A stretch of DNA of 64,000 nucleotides from assembly GCA_013239625.1 (NCBI GenBank), contig MU053652.1:868001-932000 (forward strand), written 5' to 3'. The position numbers and the translations under genes were made by a program. A model generated the notes under the pieces. The model was not told the DNA's origin and did not search any database. It saw only the letters and a list, made by a program, of their open reading frames with translations. This DNA comes from Lama guanicoe (lineage: Eukaryota). Shown one piece after another: positions 11,813-25,769 of this stretch. Numbering within the stretch: position 1 is the stretch's first letter; each line of letters opens with the position of its first letter.

Positions 11813-13224
11813 TGAGAAATAAACATGAATGAGCACATTGTGTCAACAGCCACGAGCCCTACCTTCTGGGAGGTTACCATCTATTTTCACTGATAACTAT
11901 GGTACCTCACTCTCACTGAAACCCACACAGCAGTTTGTATCTCTCAAAGATTTTATCTTGTAGTTATTTGCCTTCTCTCCTGCCTCTTAATTCAAGCCAT
12001 GCCTTTTCTTTGTATCTCTGTTAACACAGTGTCTTGAACAGAGTAGATGCTCCCTAGTAGGCGGCCTAAATTGAAAGTAAGATGCTCCAAAGGGCAGCTA
12101 CTTATTGATGTTTTACATTCACAGATGAGCTCCTAGGAGTAGGACTGTAACACCCATGGTGAAACTTCAGGCTTCTTGAGGTACATTAATTTACTCACAT
12201 CACAGGAATACCATTTATTAAATTTCTGCTCCAATGAGATAAGTGCTACCCTAATGACCTGAAAGAGTTAATGCATCTTGGAAAAGACCCAAATTGCTCT
12301 CTGGAGACAGTTTATTCAATTAAGTGGCTACGATCTAGAATTTTCAATTAGCGGTTCAGTTACAAAGACTCCTTCATATTGGTTATCTGTAATCTGTGAA
12401 CATTGACACATCTTTTTTTAAAAAAAAAAAAACAATGTTTGCTTATAGTTCATTCAAAATGGAATATTTAGGAAAAACAAGTGCAGATTCAGATTCGATT
12501 AACATTTATTTTATACCTACTGAATGCCCGGAACTGTGTTAAGTACACTCCCATTAGGATCTAAGGGGAATATTCTTAAGACTGGAAGATAACGAGATTT
12601 GGAGATACTGAGAATACAAAGCACCAGCTGAAGAGACAGTAAAGTGGTTCCCTTCTTTAAGGAGTCCACAGAGAAGATTTCAACTGAATTCATCTAAGAC
12701 TCTTCAGAATCTGCTTTCCGTCTATCTAATCACATCTTACACCCTTCTGTACAAATTGTGTAAACAGTAAATTCAGTAGGGTACTCACTGTAGGAATACA
12801 TGCATATTAAACCTATCCAGAGTTATCTTCCCACACGCCTAAAGTCTAGCCTTCCTTAAAGGGCCAGCTCCTAGCACATACACAAAACCTTCTCTGACCA
12901 CCAATCTATCTTAAGTCAGCTTCTTTAAATTCCCACAGGATCCACAACTGATTACCTAGATTTGGCAATTAATCATATTCTGCTATATATTTAACTTTTC
13001 CTGTTCTTATCTCTTAAATTCCCAACACAACTTGATGAGAAGGCACTTTGTCTAATACTTGCCTACATTACCACAAATTCATGCCATGCCACACTAGAAT
13101 ACCTTAACTAAAATCCTTTAACACTGAACGAGCACTTTAGCACCACTCATTTCTATACTTAATCAACTCTTGCATTTACAAGAAACTGACTTATTTATAA
13201 TAACTTTATGTAATATAATCTATA

Positions 13225-13295
13225 AAAATATCAAAGTACTATGTTGGACACCTGAAACTAATACTGTAAGTCATCGACACTTCAAAAAAAAAAAA
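13225..13295 (+). mobile_element. Short L1 3' terminus with A tail
   Basis: ACTATGTTGGACACCTGAAACTAATACTGTAAGTCATCGACACTTCAAAAAAAA. Confidence 0.75.
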
Positions 13296-14099
13296 TGCAA
13301 TGCAATAGGATGATTCACCTGACTCTTTACAACCTGAGAGTGAATGTTTGCAAACATGACTTCAGAACATGAGTGTAGGGGAAACGGAGCCTAGCCATCC
13401 TAGTTATGAAAATTGCTACAGCTCTACCTAATTTATCCTTGGTCCTGTTACCACTCAGTAACAAACTCATACCATAAAGCAAGTCACAGGAAAGAAAAAC
13501 ACGGCATGCTATTTAAATACCAACCATGTTCACTCAGAAGCAAAACAGTACGATTCATGTACCTCATGTTCTCTGCTAATTGTTGAAGACACTCTGCTCT
13601 GGAGAAGACAACCACAGTAGCCAGGCCCTAGTCTTCTGTAAATGCCAGCTCTTAATAACAAACTTCCAAAAAGGTCTTAATTGCATTTACCAGGAGCTCA
13701 TGAACTTTAAAAGTTGTTAATCAGATTTCCATGTAAATGGAAGGACGATTAAAGGTTAAGTACAGGTTTCCTGAAACTTCACAAGTTGAGAATATATTGC
13801 CCTTCACGGCGGGGGGTGGGGGGGGTTGGAAAAAGAACTATCAGCCCTGACAGGAACTAAACATCTTAATTAAACATGCAGAAGTACATGCCTATTTTTA
13901 TGTGAAGTTCTATTTTCAAATGTCAAAGTTAATCATGCACTTGACTAAAAATGCACAATATTCACTCTACCAGAGAAGAAATGCCTTGGTATTCTTTTCT
14001 GAGACAACATCTGTAGGTCTCCAAAAATTCCTCTGGTGTCCCCTTAAACCTGGTCCCTGCCTGCGCTGCACAAAAACCTGAGAATCACGGTGTAATGCC

Positions 14100-14425
14100 T
14101 TCTAAAGAGAGGTCTTAATTGCTCTCCATCTGACGAGTAATCTCAAGCCACCCGTTTTCAATCAAGCCTGCTTCATATTTATGTGGCTCAGGAGAAACGC
14201 AAGGTGCTTCCTCCATAAATTTGCTGCACCTGTGTCCCTGGAGTGACATGTTGACAAATGAACGTGACATTGCCTCAAACTCCAAAAAGGATTTATGATT
14301 CTTGGAAAGAATATATTTGATCAATTATAGTGTCATCAGAGTTGAAAGCAAAACCATGTCTTTGGAGTGCACTTCAGAAAATTTGTGAGGGCTTGTATTG
14401 CACAAAGGGATAAATGACAGGTCCC
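14100..14425. promoter_or_regulatory. Candidate enhancer with MEIS/TALE and posterior HOX motif cluster
   Basis: Repeat-free DNA with 5 TGACA cores and 3 TTTATG sites in about 250 bp. Confidence 0.45.
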
Positions 14426-15107
14426 AGGCCCCAGAGTCAGGTCCTTATTCCAGCTTTAATCCTCAATCTCAGATTCTCCAGATTACGAGGAGCTGGTACC
14501 ACATCCACCAAGGACCATCGTGACTAAGGTAAATAGCCATGTAGTGCAGTAGACAAAACAGCTGCAGAATGCAAACCTGTAAATTATTTGTACTGTAATA
14601 CCTAGCCAGTCAAAATAATTATTCTTTAGGTACACATTTAGGGAAGGAAAAAAATCCCTTCTGCAATTCTGTTTTCCCACTTTTGTCTCTGATTAAGCTT
14701 CTAATTCTCCCTTCTGAACATCTGAGAAAAGTTCAGTGTCTGCTCCACGCAAAGTACCTGTAACACATTTTAAAAGAAAAGCAGGGGGTCTTAGTGTTAC
14801 TACCAGAACGACAGTTATCACTGCTGTTAGAATTACTTCCAGTAATCGTTCCTATCAGGATTCGATTTCTTTGAAGAACAAACCAGAGCTCGTGAGTTTT
14901 CAAATCCCTAAGTGAAAATGTAATACAATATACTGATTAGCCAATTTTAGGTGGAAAAATAAAAGAGGAAGCAGGGAAGAATTTGTAAAGGGATATTTTC
15001 GGGAAATGCCTCTGTTAAATTATGAGGTCCTTTTAGCAGCATCTGCAGTTGCTTCTCAAGGGCTGGTACAACAATGAGATACACCAACTTTAAACTAGAA
15101 GGGGCTC

Positions 15108-15330
15108 TAGTTTGGGACTGGCAGATACAAACTACCACACACAGGACAGATCAACAACAAGGTCCCACTGTACAGGGAACTATATTCAGTGGCTTGTAGT
15201 AACCTGTAATGAAAAAGAGTATGTGTATGTGTTTATATATATGTATAACTGAATCTTTATGCTGTACACCAGAAACTAATACAACACTGTAAATCAACTA
15301 TATTTCAATTTAAAAGATGGAAAAATAAAT
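15108..15330 (+). mobile_element. Artiodactyl L1 3' UTR, 5'-truncated
   Basis: CAGATACAAACTAC...CAACAAGGTCCCACTGTACAGGGAACTATATTCAG...TGCTGTACACCAGAAACTAATACAAC; perfect TSD AAACTAGAAGGGGCTC at 15092-15107 and 15331-15346. Confidence 0.95.
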
Positions 15331-18300
15331 AAACTAGAAGGGGCTCCCTCTTCCAGAGGATAGTTTCAGAGTTTTACATTTGATGCAATCCACCAATTGT
15401 TGATGGGACTTGGGAAAACGACTCCAACTCAATACGGTGAGCTCTAAGCTGCCGGAAGGGGGCATGCTGAGCTACCACACTTGCTTCCTGTTGGGGCCCC
15501 TTTGTCAGTAGCACACAGCAAGGCTCTGGATCAGGAGTTACGAGATCGGCCTGTGAGAATTTTTCCATAGAAATGTCTCATTCTCCTTTATATTTCCCCA
15601 GAGAAGCATACACTGAGCTTACCGAATGTGTGTGTGCATGCGCGTGGGTGCACATCAGTCAGTATCAACTGAATTAATAGTTTTTATGCAGATGAAAACC
15701 ATGAGCCTAGCCTCATTAGTATCCTGTTCTCCTAAAGTAGGTTTATCCAACAAGACCACCGGGACAGGGCAACAACAGAGACAGAACACAAAATTCCTAG
15801 GAATTGGCCTTTAGAACAACCTCTTACAACCATTACCACCACAATATCTAACACAGTCTCTAATCAGACTGACCTCTTCAGTGTCACAAAATCAAATAAG
15901 CTCATTCCAATATCTGTGCCTTTATTCGTGGAGTCCTACTAGTTTGAAAACCCATCTCACTTCCCTCCACTACATCCAACTCAACCACCTTGCAAGGCCC
16001 AGCACAAATATCAACTTTTCCCTGATATTTCTATTCAGTCGACAAACATTTATGAGTGCGAGGCCCCATACTGGACATCACACCAACAGATGCGTGAGAC
16101 AGTTTATGCCCTGAAGGAGCTCTCAGCATTGCTCAATGGTCTTTATTCCTTTCAAATACAGCATTTAGTTTCTCTGTTGGCTTACACAAATAATTCTGCA
16201 AATAAAATTAACCTTTAAAATGTAACAAACATGACACGGAGGTATACACTCAAAGAAGTACCACTAGAGCAGAGATTCCAGCCATGACTTGACTCATCTT
16301 TGTTCTCCATATTCTCTGGTTTGTTGCTGTTAATTCCTTTATTAAACAGTATTTACGAGTGCCTTCTATGCATGAGGCACTAATGTACATACCTTCATTT
16401 GTCACCTAGCTGCTCTGTGGAGTGACCCCTATCTCCAAATCACCTATCATGTCCTTCAACCATGGGCATACCTGATTCTGTACTGGTAGCAGCCCAATAG
16501 TAACCTCCGAGAACAGGAGTAGGCACATCTGCCATCAAGTGCAAGGTGATTATCTGCACCATCCAGAGCAGCTTAAGGGGCTCAATTCATGATATCTCCC
16601 AAGTTTTCTCATACAAGAGACACTAAAGTCGACAGAATAGAATCTAGCTTGCTATTATCACCCAATGTACCAGAGAAACGCCGTCTAAAGTTCCTCTTCC
16701 TCCTGAAGGTGTGCAACTACATGATCACATGAATGGAAATTACGGTGGTGAGCTCCCTAAAGGCAACAACAGCATTATCATCCCTGAGAGTGATGCGCTT
16801 CCATTTGGTGAAGATATAATAATTAATGCCTATTTTGTTGGCCTTGGTACAGCTATTCTTTCTTCTGGACTCATGAAGCCATTATTTAAACATTTTCTAG
16901 CCACATGTGGACCCTTCCGGTGACCCATATGAATACGGTGATTCTAGGATTCAGTTACAGTAACTTGCAAGCATAAGTAAGAATTGTTAATGATCATGCA
17001 CAGGCTGAGATGCAGGCACTTTCATTTCCCTTGCATTTACTTTCAATTGAAAACCATGTTATTTCCCATGAACTAAGAGCTTCCACAGATAAAGGCAGAA
17101 GACACCTAGACTGAATACAGAACCCAGCACAGCAACAGATGACATTCAGGTTTAGCACAGCATGGAAGGAAACAGACTACTCACATAATTTCTTATAATT
17201 TATGTCCTCAGAGAATGGAGCTATTATAATAAATAATTCTCAGATTAATAAACAACATAGGTTATGATTTGGGACCTGACGGACAGGGCAATAGCTGCAC
17301 TGCTTATGTTTCATGGAATTCTGTTACTGTTGCAGCTTGAAACATCGCCAAGACCATAGATGATTCAACTTTTAGGTCAAAATAGCAGGAAGTTAAAACC
17401 CATAAATCCATAGAATTCCAAATATGCATATTATACATGGAGTTTTAAAGCTGCAGTCAGCACTTTCTCATCCAATTACCAACTCAGTCTTATCCATAAG
17501 TGTTAGTGTGTACATATATATACCTATCACTTGAATTTTCAAATTCATCAACTCTGAAACAGCTTTCAAAGAAAACCAAAACTCTCCATAATAAAAAGGT
17601 TCTACAGGTAACAACTTTAGAAAATAAAAGATTATGATTTATTCTCATGTGTCAACCATGGTAACTAAAAACCAATGATATGAATCTAGATATTCCCAAA
17701 GTTTGTCATAGATGAGATGAAAGTTGGCGAGATAATAATTCTGTTACATAATAATCACATACTGCCACCTTAGAAATATGTTCTATTCTTAGCAGGGAAG
17801 GAGGTTGATATTTCAAAACCTTCAGTTTAACAACAAACCAAAGCAAACCCTCTTAAGGAATGAAGGTAGAGTTGGAGAAATAATTTAAAATGTAATACGA
17901 AACATAAAAACAAGGAGTTGTTTTAGGATAGAAGAAATTTCCTTTTAGAGATGAATTAAGGGAAACATCTCCTAATCTACTGGAAACGGAACATTTAGAA
18001 CGTTTAGAATGTTTTCAAGTCCAGTTACGTGTGAACAGGGGTAAAAAAGTAATAGTAGCCTGTCTCTAGTTTTCTCTAAGACTGACATGTAAAAGGAGCC
18101 TGAACCACACAATTTAGAACTTAATCATATATTGTCTTGAAATGTCAGTGCTGTTAAAAATATTAATTTGATTTCAACTAGGAAGCAGTCTAAGAATAAA
18201 CACCATCTGATACTTTTTCTTTATGTCCCGCATTCCCTATAGAGATTGCTCAATTCCAATGACATAAAACACTTTTTATATAGAAAAGAAATCAACCTGC

Positions 18301-20094
18301 TATCAAATTAAAATTGTACATTTAATATTAAAGATTAACTCTTAACTGTGTAAGTTATATATTACAAAGAAAACTTCCTAAAGCAAAATATAGCCTGTTA
18401 ACTAAAACAGCTCATTAACCAAGTATAGTATAGAGAATATGCTCTTTAATACATGTTTATACAATAACTTACATGTTTATGATTAACTTTCCTTAGAAAA
18501 TTTTGCTAAAATAGATACAATGGGGAAAAATTAAGGAGATTCTCTCATGTATTATAAATAAATACCTCAAATGTTAATCACTAATTTCAGATAAATAACT
18601 TTTTAATTAATTAATATATAATACTTGAAATTTTCAATACAGAATTTCGATTTTAAAGGACTAAAAATCTGCACGTGATTTTCTAAGAACAAATGTAAAG
18701 AGAAAAGGGAAAGACTTCTTCTGACAACACCTTGATAGCAACAGAGAGCAAATGCAATTCCCAATAGCAAGCAAGCGTCAGTGCTCCATGCTATCAACGA
18801 TCATTCAGAATTTTTTTTTTTACTGCGGACCTTTCTAGTATCTTCCACATCAAATCCAGTCAACCAATGTTATTAAAATCCCTAAGCCTTATTGTAGGAA
18901 GAAAATATATTTCCACTTTCACATAAAATGATTTCTAAAACCCTGTTGTATTATTTATAATTCAGTGATTTTTATATTCTCACAGTCTACTACAGATTTT
19001 TCTTAGTGATTTATGTTAGGCAGTCCTAAAGCCCGTTCATATTTATGGTTCATTCTCCTCCCAGAAAAGGTAACAAATCCACTCCATGTATATATGTCGT
19101 GATAAACTTACAGACTGGCAGAGGGTGGACACTCATGGAGTTTACATAATGGAAAGGAGACTGATGCTGTTATAAGGTACTTTTTCACATGGGAAAGAAA
19201 AACCAGAAAATGGACTGCAGAATGGAACAACTAAGCTCACGTGACAGAATTTTAAACAGACATATATTTCAAAATGTCCACATATCGCCCATTTGCTCAG
19301 AGTAAACACAAAGGTTAGCAGCTCACATATGTAACATTCTGTTGGCTACTCCATCATTATTATAAGAACATGTTTCCACAGTATACATTTGTTAGACTGT
19401 CAGTTGCTGTCAACAACCCATAATGGTGGAGAATCAAAGCAACCTACTTAAAAATAACTTCTCTAGGGAGGGAGCAAAAACTTATTATTTAGAATTGATG
19501 AGTATTAGCTTCTCTAGACACATGAGGTGTGCGAGGAGCTGAGGGCTGGGTGGAGTATGAAGAAGGCAGTGGTGGTAAAGGCTGTCAAGGTCACTCCTGA
19601 CCCTCCTCTGGGCCTGGGCTGCGGCACCGCTTGGCCTCTTTGGTCACCAGCTTTCTCCTCAGACACATTTAGTGCTTCTCATCACCATGCACAACACTTC
19701 TCTCTGTTTCTTAGATTCTGTGATACAGATTTTCTCACATTGTAACATTTCTAAAATAATTACATCACATCCTTAAAAATAGTTAGCAATAGTTTTTTTT
19801 TTTAACAACAGATTACACATTTAAGGTACTTTTTTCCCTGACCTTATGCTTCTTAATGTCTTAGATCAAGAAAATGAAATATTCACTAATACTGCTGCTA
19901 AGGAACCATTTCTAATTTAAGTTTTATCCCTCTTCCCCCTTCTCTGCTTTTCTTCTTAATTTTATTTTATTTTGTCTTCAGTTGTTTCTCAGTCACCTTC
20001 CATGCAAAAAGCTGGGTTGTTCAACAAGTCACAGTGCATCAGACTAAATATCAGACCTTCACCTCTTCTCAATGGAGAAAAATGTTTAAAAGCA

Positions 20095-20203
20095 CCACAA
20101 CAAAGTGAATATACTTAGCACAACCAACTGAATTGTACACTGAAAAATGGTTAAGATGGTAAATTTTATGTTAGATGTTTGTACCACAATTTAAAAAAAA
20201 AAA
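20095..20203 (+). mobile_element. L1MB-like 3' terminus
   Basis: ACTGAATTGTACACTGAAAAATGGTTAAGATGGTAAATTTTATGTTAGATG...ACCACAATTTAAAAAA. Confidence 0.85.
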
Positions 20204-20611
20204 TTTTTTTTTTCAGTAAAACCAAGGCAATAGGTCTCTCTGGAATCATCCTGGTAGACAGCTGTATCTTCTCAACTCACAATCACTGACCTCTTCTCAC
20301 CACATCAGTGAGCTATGGGCTGAGCAGGCCTACACAATCAATGCACTGGAAGCCAGCAGCATGTTGGAGACCTTACTGAACAAAGGTCAGAACTGGGGGT
20401 CCGTTTCACATTCCGTCCCTAGCATGGCAGTTCAGACAGGCAGCTACCACCTCAAATCCAAAAGTGAATCCCTTAACTCTTCCTCTGACTCAAGGTGTTT
20501 TTTGTTTGTTTGTTTTAAATTTCACCATTTCACACTTAGAATTCCAATATATCTGATCTTATTTCTGAAATATTTTTAAATTTCTATTTAACTAGTTTTG
20601 TTATCGTTATC

Positions 20612-20878
20612 TTTTTTTTTTTTTACTGAAGTACAGTCAGTTTATAATGTTTCAGTTTCTGGTGTACAGCATGTTTCAGTCATACATATACATACATATA
20701 TTCATTTTCATATTCTTTTTCATTATAGGTTACTACAAGATATTGAATATAGTTCCCTGTGCTATACAGAAGAAACTTGTATATCTATTTTATACATAGT
20801 AGTTAATATTTGCAAATCTCAAACTCCCAGTTTATCCCTTCCCACCCCCTTTCCCCCTGGTAACCGTAAGTTTGTTTA
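20612..20878 (-). mobile_element. Camelid/artiodactyl L1 3' UTR
   Basis: Poly(T), then TTTCTGGTGTACAGCAT...TATAGTTCCCTGTGCTATACAG...CCCTGGTAACCGTAAGTTTG. Confidence 0.93.
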
Positions 20879-22049
20879 CTATTGTCCGTGTGACTCGAAG
20901 TTTTTAAATAAAATATGCTTGGGGATAAAAAAGAGTAAAATACACACATAGGAAAAAAGAAAATTTTTAAATGCTTTGAGTCTATCAAATAAATAAAAGA
21001 AAAATACATCTGGTCAAGAACACAAGAAAAAATGTTATCTTATACCAATAAATAGAATATTAGTAAATTACCTGAATTTATATTAATCTATGTTAAAAAT
21101 ATACATTTAAAATCCCATTTAAAGCTAAAGAAAGTAAGATTTTAAAATGATCTTGCCCTAAGTTTTAAGTCAATAGGAAATCCCTAAGTCGAAATGACAA
21201 ACCAACATCAGACTTGCAAGTTAAAATGTACAAGTGATATTTGGCTAGTAGTACCCCCACACGATCTCTCCCGCATACTCACTAAAACACCTATGAGAGC
21301 AAAAGAAGACAAAAAACAATTCAACAGCAAAACTACAGATCCACACACTACTACCAGAATCTTTAAAGAATTTCCACTAACTACAAAGTGTATGGAATAG
21401 AGGTTAAAATCTATGCCTTTTGGATTTAAACTTAACGGTAACTGCTGCATCAATGGAAGGAAAGTGAGTCTGATCACCTGGAAAGAGACACAAAGCCTTT
21501 TCCACCCCCCCACTGTCTGCACTCTCCAAACCAGACAGAACTGAGCAACCATTCACTATCACAAAGATGCTGACCTGAGGGGCAGCTAGCCCTCCTGCTT
21601 ACCACCCCCGTACAAACACTTCTTAACCTGCATCCATCAGAAACAGCCCTTCAAGTTAAACAATTTTCTAGAAGGTAGGAGAGGGCTGGTCATGGAGCTC
21701 TGACAAAGAATCTCTTTGTGTAAAAGACTATAGATAAAGACAAAAATAATCATGGAAGATGCATTTATGTTTATTTTCATACGCCACCTATTGTCTGTGG
21801 ACCAGGGAGTCAGGTAGTAATGGAGGATGAAGATTCCGTCTCCAGGAAGTAGATCTGCATTACATGAAACCTAGGAACTGAGCTGGCAGACACACACGTG
21901 AATTCAATTTCCAGCAGTTAAAACTCAGAAAATGATTTCATTAGCACCCAAATGTGTAAATCATACATGAAGAGGCAGTCTTCACACTGGAACAGTCAGT
22001 AAACATCATGTCTAGATGGGCTTTCTCTCATTTGAGAATGAGGAAACAG

Positions 22050-22865
22050 GAAAAAGTAAACAGAAAAAGTGAGGAAGAGCTAAACTTCAAGAAACAACAA
22101 AGTTTCAATAAATCCTGGCATCTTGAATAGCATATAAGAACACATGGCCTCTTGTAATAGTAGAACTCTTTAAAGAGAAAAAAGCTTGAAAAGACACCAG
22201 GATAAGATAAAAATGGACAAGGGAAACGTAAGAAAAAGTACAAAGAAAATGAAAGGAAACGTTATGACAGAAGAGAAAGCTGTAATAAAAAAGCACTAAG
22301 TTAGTTGTTGATATCCTATCATGTAAAACCAGAGGTACAAAAAGCAAATTTGAGAAGTACTTCCACATATTAATGGGAAAACCGCAAAGACTGAAAAGGT
22401 TGAGAACAGATAAGATATAAAGACTTAAGAACAATAATTCAATCCAAGAATTATAGAAACAACTTAAAAAAACATACGTATATATACACACACACACACA
22501 CTCTGAAGTGTATTTTCTTGCATTGGGGGAAAAAAAACACCATGAGTAAAACAACAGTTCACCACATTTCAGGGGGTAGGAAGGGAAAGCAATGAAATGA
22601 TTGAAATGATCCTTCCCTAGGCAGATCTCATTTGTGAGGCAAATGGGAAAAAAAAAATAGGCAGAATTAAGATCTTACAAAAAGAACAAAAATCAAGACA
22701 GCTTTATACTTTCTGCGACACTATATGACAGAGAAGACACTATATGGAACAATGTCTACAGCTTTTCAAGGGCAAAACATATGCCCCCCCCCTAAAATTC
22801 TCACATTTAAGAAAGTTCAGAATACATACCGGAGTTAAGAAAATTAAGAACCAGTGTTCTTGGGA
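22050..22865 (+). mobile_element. HAL1 or ancient L1 ORF1 remnant
   Basis: A-rich stretch; AAAATCAAGACAGCTTTATACTTTCTGCGACAC...AGAAGACAC...TGGAACAATGTCTACAGCTTTTCAAGGG resembles the ORF1p C-terminal coding region; may extend upstream to about 21280. Confidence 0.5.
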
Positions 22866-22867
22866 GT

Positions 22868-23277
22868 GTATTAGTTTCTTAGGGCTATGGTAACAAATTA
22901 CCCAAACAGGGTGGCTTAAAACAAGTAATTATTCTCTCACACTTCTAGAGGCTAGAAGTCTGAAAGTAAGATGCTGGCAGGCCATGCTCTTTCTGGAAGT
23001 TCTAGGGGAGGATCCTTCCTGTTTCTGGTGGTTGCCCGTAGATGGGCACTTTCAACTCTGCCTCCATCGTCACTTGGTATTCTCCCTGGGTGCCTTTTTC
23101 CCCTTTCTGCAAGAACACTAGTCTTTAGATTAGTCTGCGCCCACCCCAGTACAGTATGACCTCATCTTAACCTGATAATGTCTACAAAGAGCCTCTTTCC
23201 AAATAAGGTTCCATTTACTGGTCCTGGAGGTTTGGACTTGAACATATCTTTTTATGGTACACAGTTTTACTCATTAT
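22868..23277 (-). mobile_element. MaLR solo LTR (MLT1B/C-like)
   Basis: Begins TGTATTAGTTTCTTAGGGCTATGGTAACAAATTACC...GGTGGCTTAAAACAA...CTAGAGGCTAGAAGTCTGAAA; contains CTCATCTTAAC and TTTCCAAATAAGGT. Confidence 0.9.
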
Positions 23278-23879
23278 GGTGGGACAGTTTTAAGACATAC
23301 TTTAGAACATCAGAGATGAGTAGAAATCAGGAATGAAAGCAAAAGGAAGTCATGATATGAAAGGACTGGTGGGTTTTTCCTAACCCCAACGTTAATAACC
23401 CAAAGGGCCCATTGTGCAGTTCAAGGGCAAAGCACAACCAGAGAACACCTCCTGGACCTATGCCTTCCTTCTGCCCCTCACCTACAACCACTTATTTTGA
23501 TCCACAATCAAAATATTTTAGTTAGACACAAAACAGTAACAGTGTTAGTCTTTCTACCACTTCCTATGGTAGCTCAACTATTTTAAACACATTTGTGACA
23601 ATATTCCAAGTATACTTTATTAAGTATAACCAATATTAAGTATACTTCTCTCTCTAGAAGGGAAGTTACATAGAGTAACATATTAGCCATTCTTTTAACC
23701 AAGAAACTTGAGAAATAATTTTTCACCATTTTGAAACTCATACTGAATGACCTAAATCATTAGCTTTTTTAATATTAACTCTTCTCTCATCTACATCTTG
23801 TGACTATGCTTAAATAGGTATGCTTAAAAATAATTAGGATATGAACTCAACTACGCTTAAAATATATATATATATATAT

Positions 23880-24240
23880 ATAAAAGTGAAAGTTAAAATT
23901 TATCCCTGGGACATAGGAGTCTGGATGATTTTCAAATTTTCTACTTTATAAGTTCTCTATTTTCTAAATATGTCTACAATGCACAGGTAACTACTTTTAT
24001 AAACTGAATAAAATGACTTATATAGATAAGTGCATTGATTTTTGCATTCCCAATATGATGACAATTTTGTGATTTTTAATGAAGCAAAAATTTGGAGAAG
24101 AAAACCCACTAAAATCCAACAACAATTATTTCTAGGTGCTGGGAGCATGAAAAGTTACCTTTCCTTCTTCTGTTTTTCTGAATTTCCCAAGTTTTCTGTA
24201 ATGATTATGCCTTATTCTTACAACAAGAAATAATAATGTA
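23880..24240 (+). mobile_element. Two decayed L1ME-type 3' end fragments
   Basis: TTTTCTAAATATGTCTACAATGCACAGGTAACTACTTTTATAA and TTTCCCAAGTTTTCTGTAATGATTATG. Confidence 0.5.
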
Positions 24241-25769
24241 AGAGAAGAGAGGGGGGTCCTGGTGGACTCTGGGGAAAGCGCGGAGAGTAAACCAGTCTTC
24301 CTTTCTCATCTGTAAGATCTATATATCCTAGTAAGGTAAAGGCAAGCACATGTCCCTGACTTCCTACAACAATGTGTAGCAGAAAAGGATCAAAACTGTC
24401 TTTTCATGCCTCAATATGTTTTAGAAAATGATGTATCTTCTAGAACATAATCATGCAGAGCCAAAATGCATCTGATATTAAAAAAAATGATGAAATATTT
24501 AGTTGACTTGGCCAGACTCACTTAAAAATGGAATCATAAGCTGCCAAAACAAACTGCAAATGATTTTTCGCCTTTAGTTCTTGACTCACGGGTAAAAACC
24601 CAACATTAAACCTACTGGAATGTCCCTGTGTCTTCAAAGGGCTAAATAACATATGGAAATGTAACCGCAGCCTAAGGAGAACAGGTGGCCAATAAAGTGT
24701 CAGAAACAGGTCTAGAAACTTATATTGCAAACTGAAACTGTGTCCTAGGCTGATTCCCATTGCCAAAACTCCAAGTTTACCACCCCAGCTTATCCGTCTA
24801 CAACCTCAAAAATAGTCCCAAATCAGCTATGTTACCACAATTCATCTGAAAAAAGTAGGAGTGGTCCTTCAGTCCTCTCAGATTCTTCCGGGTTCAGAGA
24901 TGTAAGTCCATGGCTTCTGAAATATCTGTGAGGATGGATCAGTTTTCATACTTTCTCAAAACACGGAGAGAATAAAATTTTAGAAAGGTAACTATGAACA
25001 AAACCTAGGCTCCGATTTTATTTTATTTTTTTTATTCAACTCAACAGGCAGAAAATAACTTTGTCCCATCGCTAAGAGTTTCTCAGTGCTTAACCTCAAC
25101 CTCTGTCTTAGGCTGGGGAGGATGTGTGCCAGGGAGCATGCTGGCTAGTGTGGCCAGGCCAGTGCCAGGCCCTGAGCAGCACTAACCTGGCCAAGCAAGA
25201 AGCCACCATGTAGTCCCTAGTTAATAGTGAGCAAACTCGAGAAGAGACTGTCCTCATTTTTACAGACAAACGTACTTAAAAAACTGGGAGTAACCATTCA
25301 AAACACCATGGAATCACTGGAGAGTTTTAGAGCACAAAGGATGCAGCAAAAATTACAAAAGCCTCTCTCTCAATCCTGAAATCTGGACAAAGCCCCCTGT
25401 TAAATGAGAAGACAGTTTTATTGACAGTCTTGGGTTGTAATTATATTAGGCTGAGAGAAGAAAAGGGTTGGTCCAGCCTCACTGGTCTCACATACCAGCA
25501 GAGAGAAAGCCAGAGAAAGTATGTGTGATGCATTCAAACTCACAACCGGAGAGGGAAAATTGTCACAGTAAGAGTGAAGATTCTGTCTGAGACTTAACTG
25601 GAAAGAAGAGAGAGGCCCCCCCACACCACTGTCATCACAAAGTGTCAGCTGACTCTGTAACAGCTTAAAGAGACGATGCATCTGATGTCCACACAGCTCC
25701 TGGGAAGGCCGTGTAGTACAGGCCAGGGGCTCAGAGCTATCACTGCACAGCAGAATCACCTGGGGCAGG

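Noticed and set aside
19237..19245. Isolated TCACGTGAC E-box; CACGTG also near 58682 and 61662
   Set aside because: Single short motifs without supporting context
24860..24990. Minus-strand exon-like stretch
   Set aside because: Stops in all frames and no convincing donor
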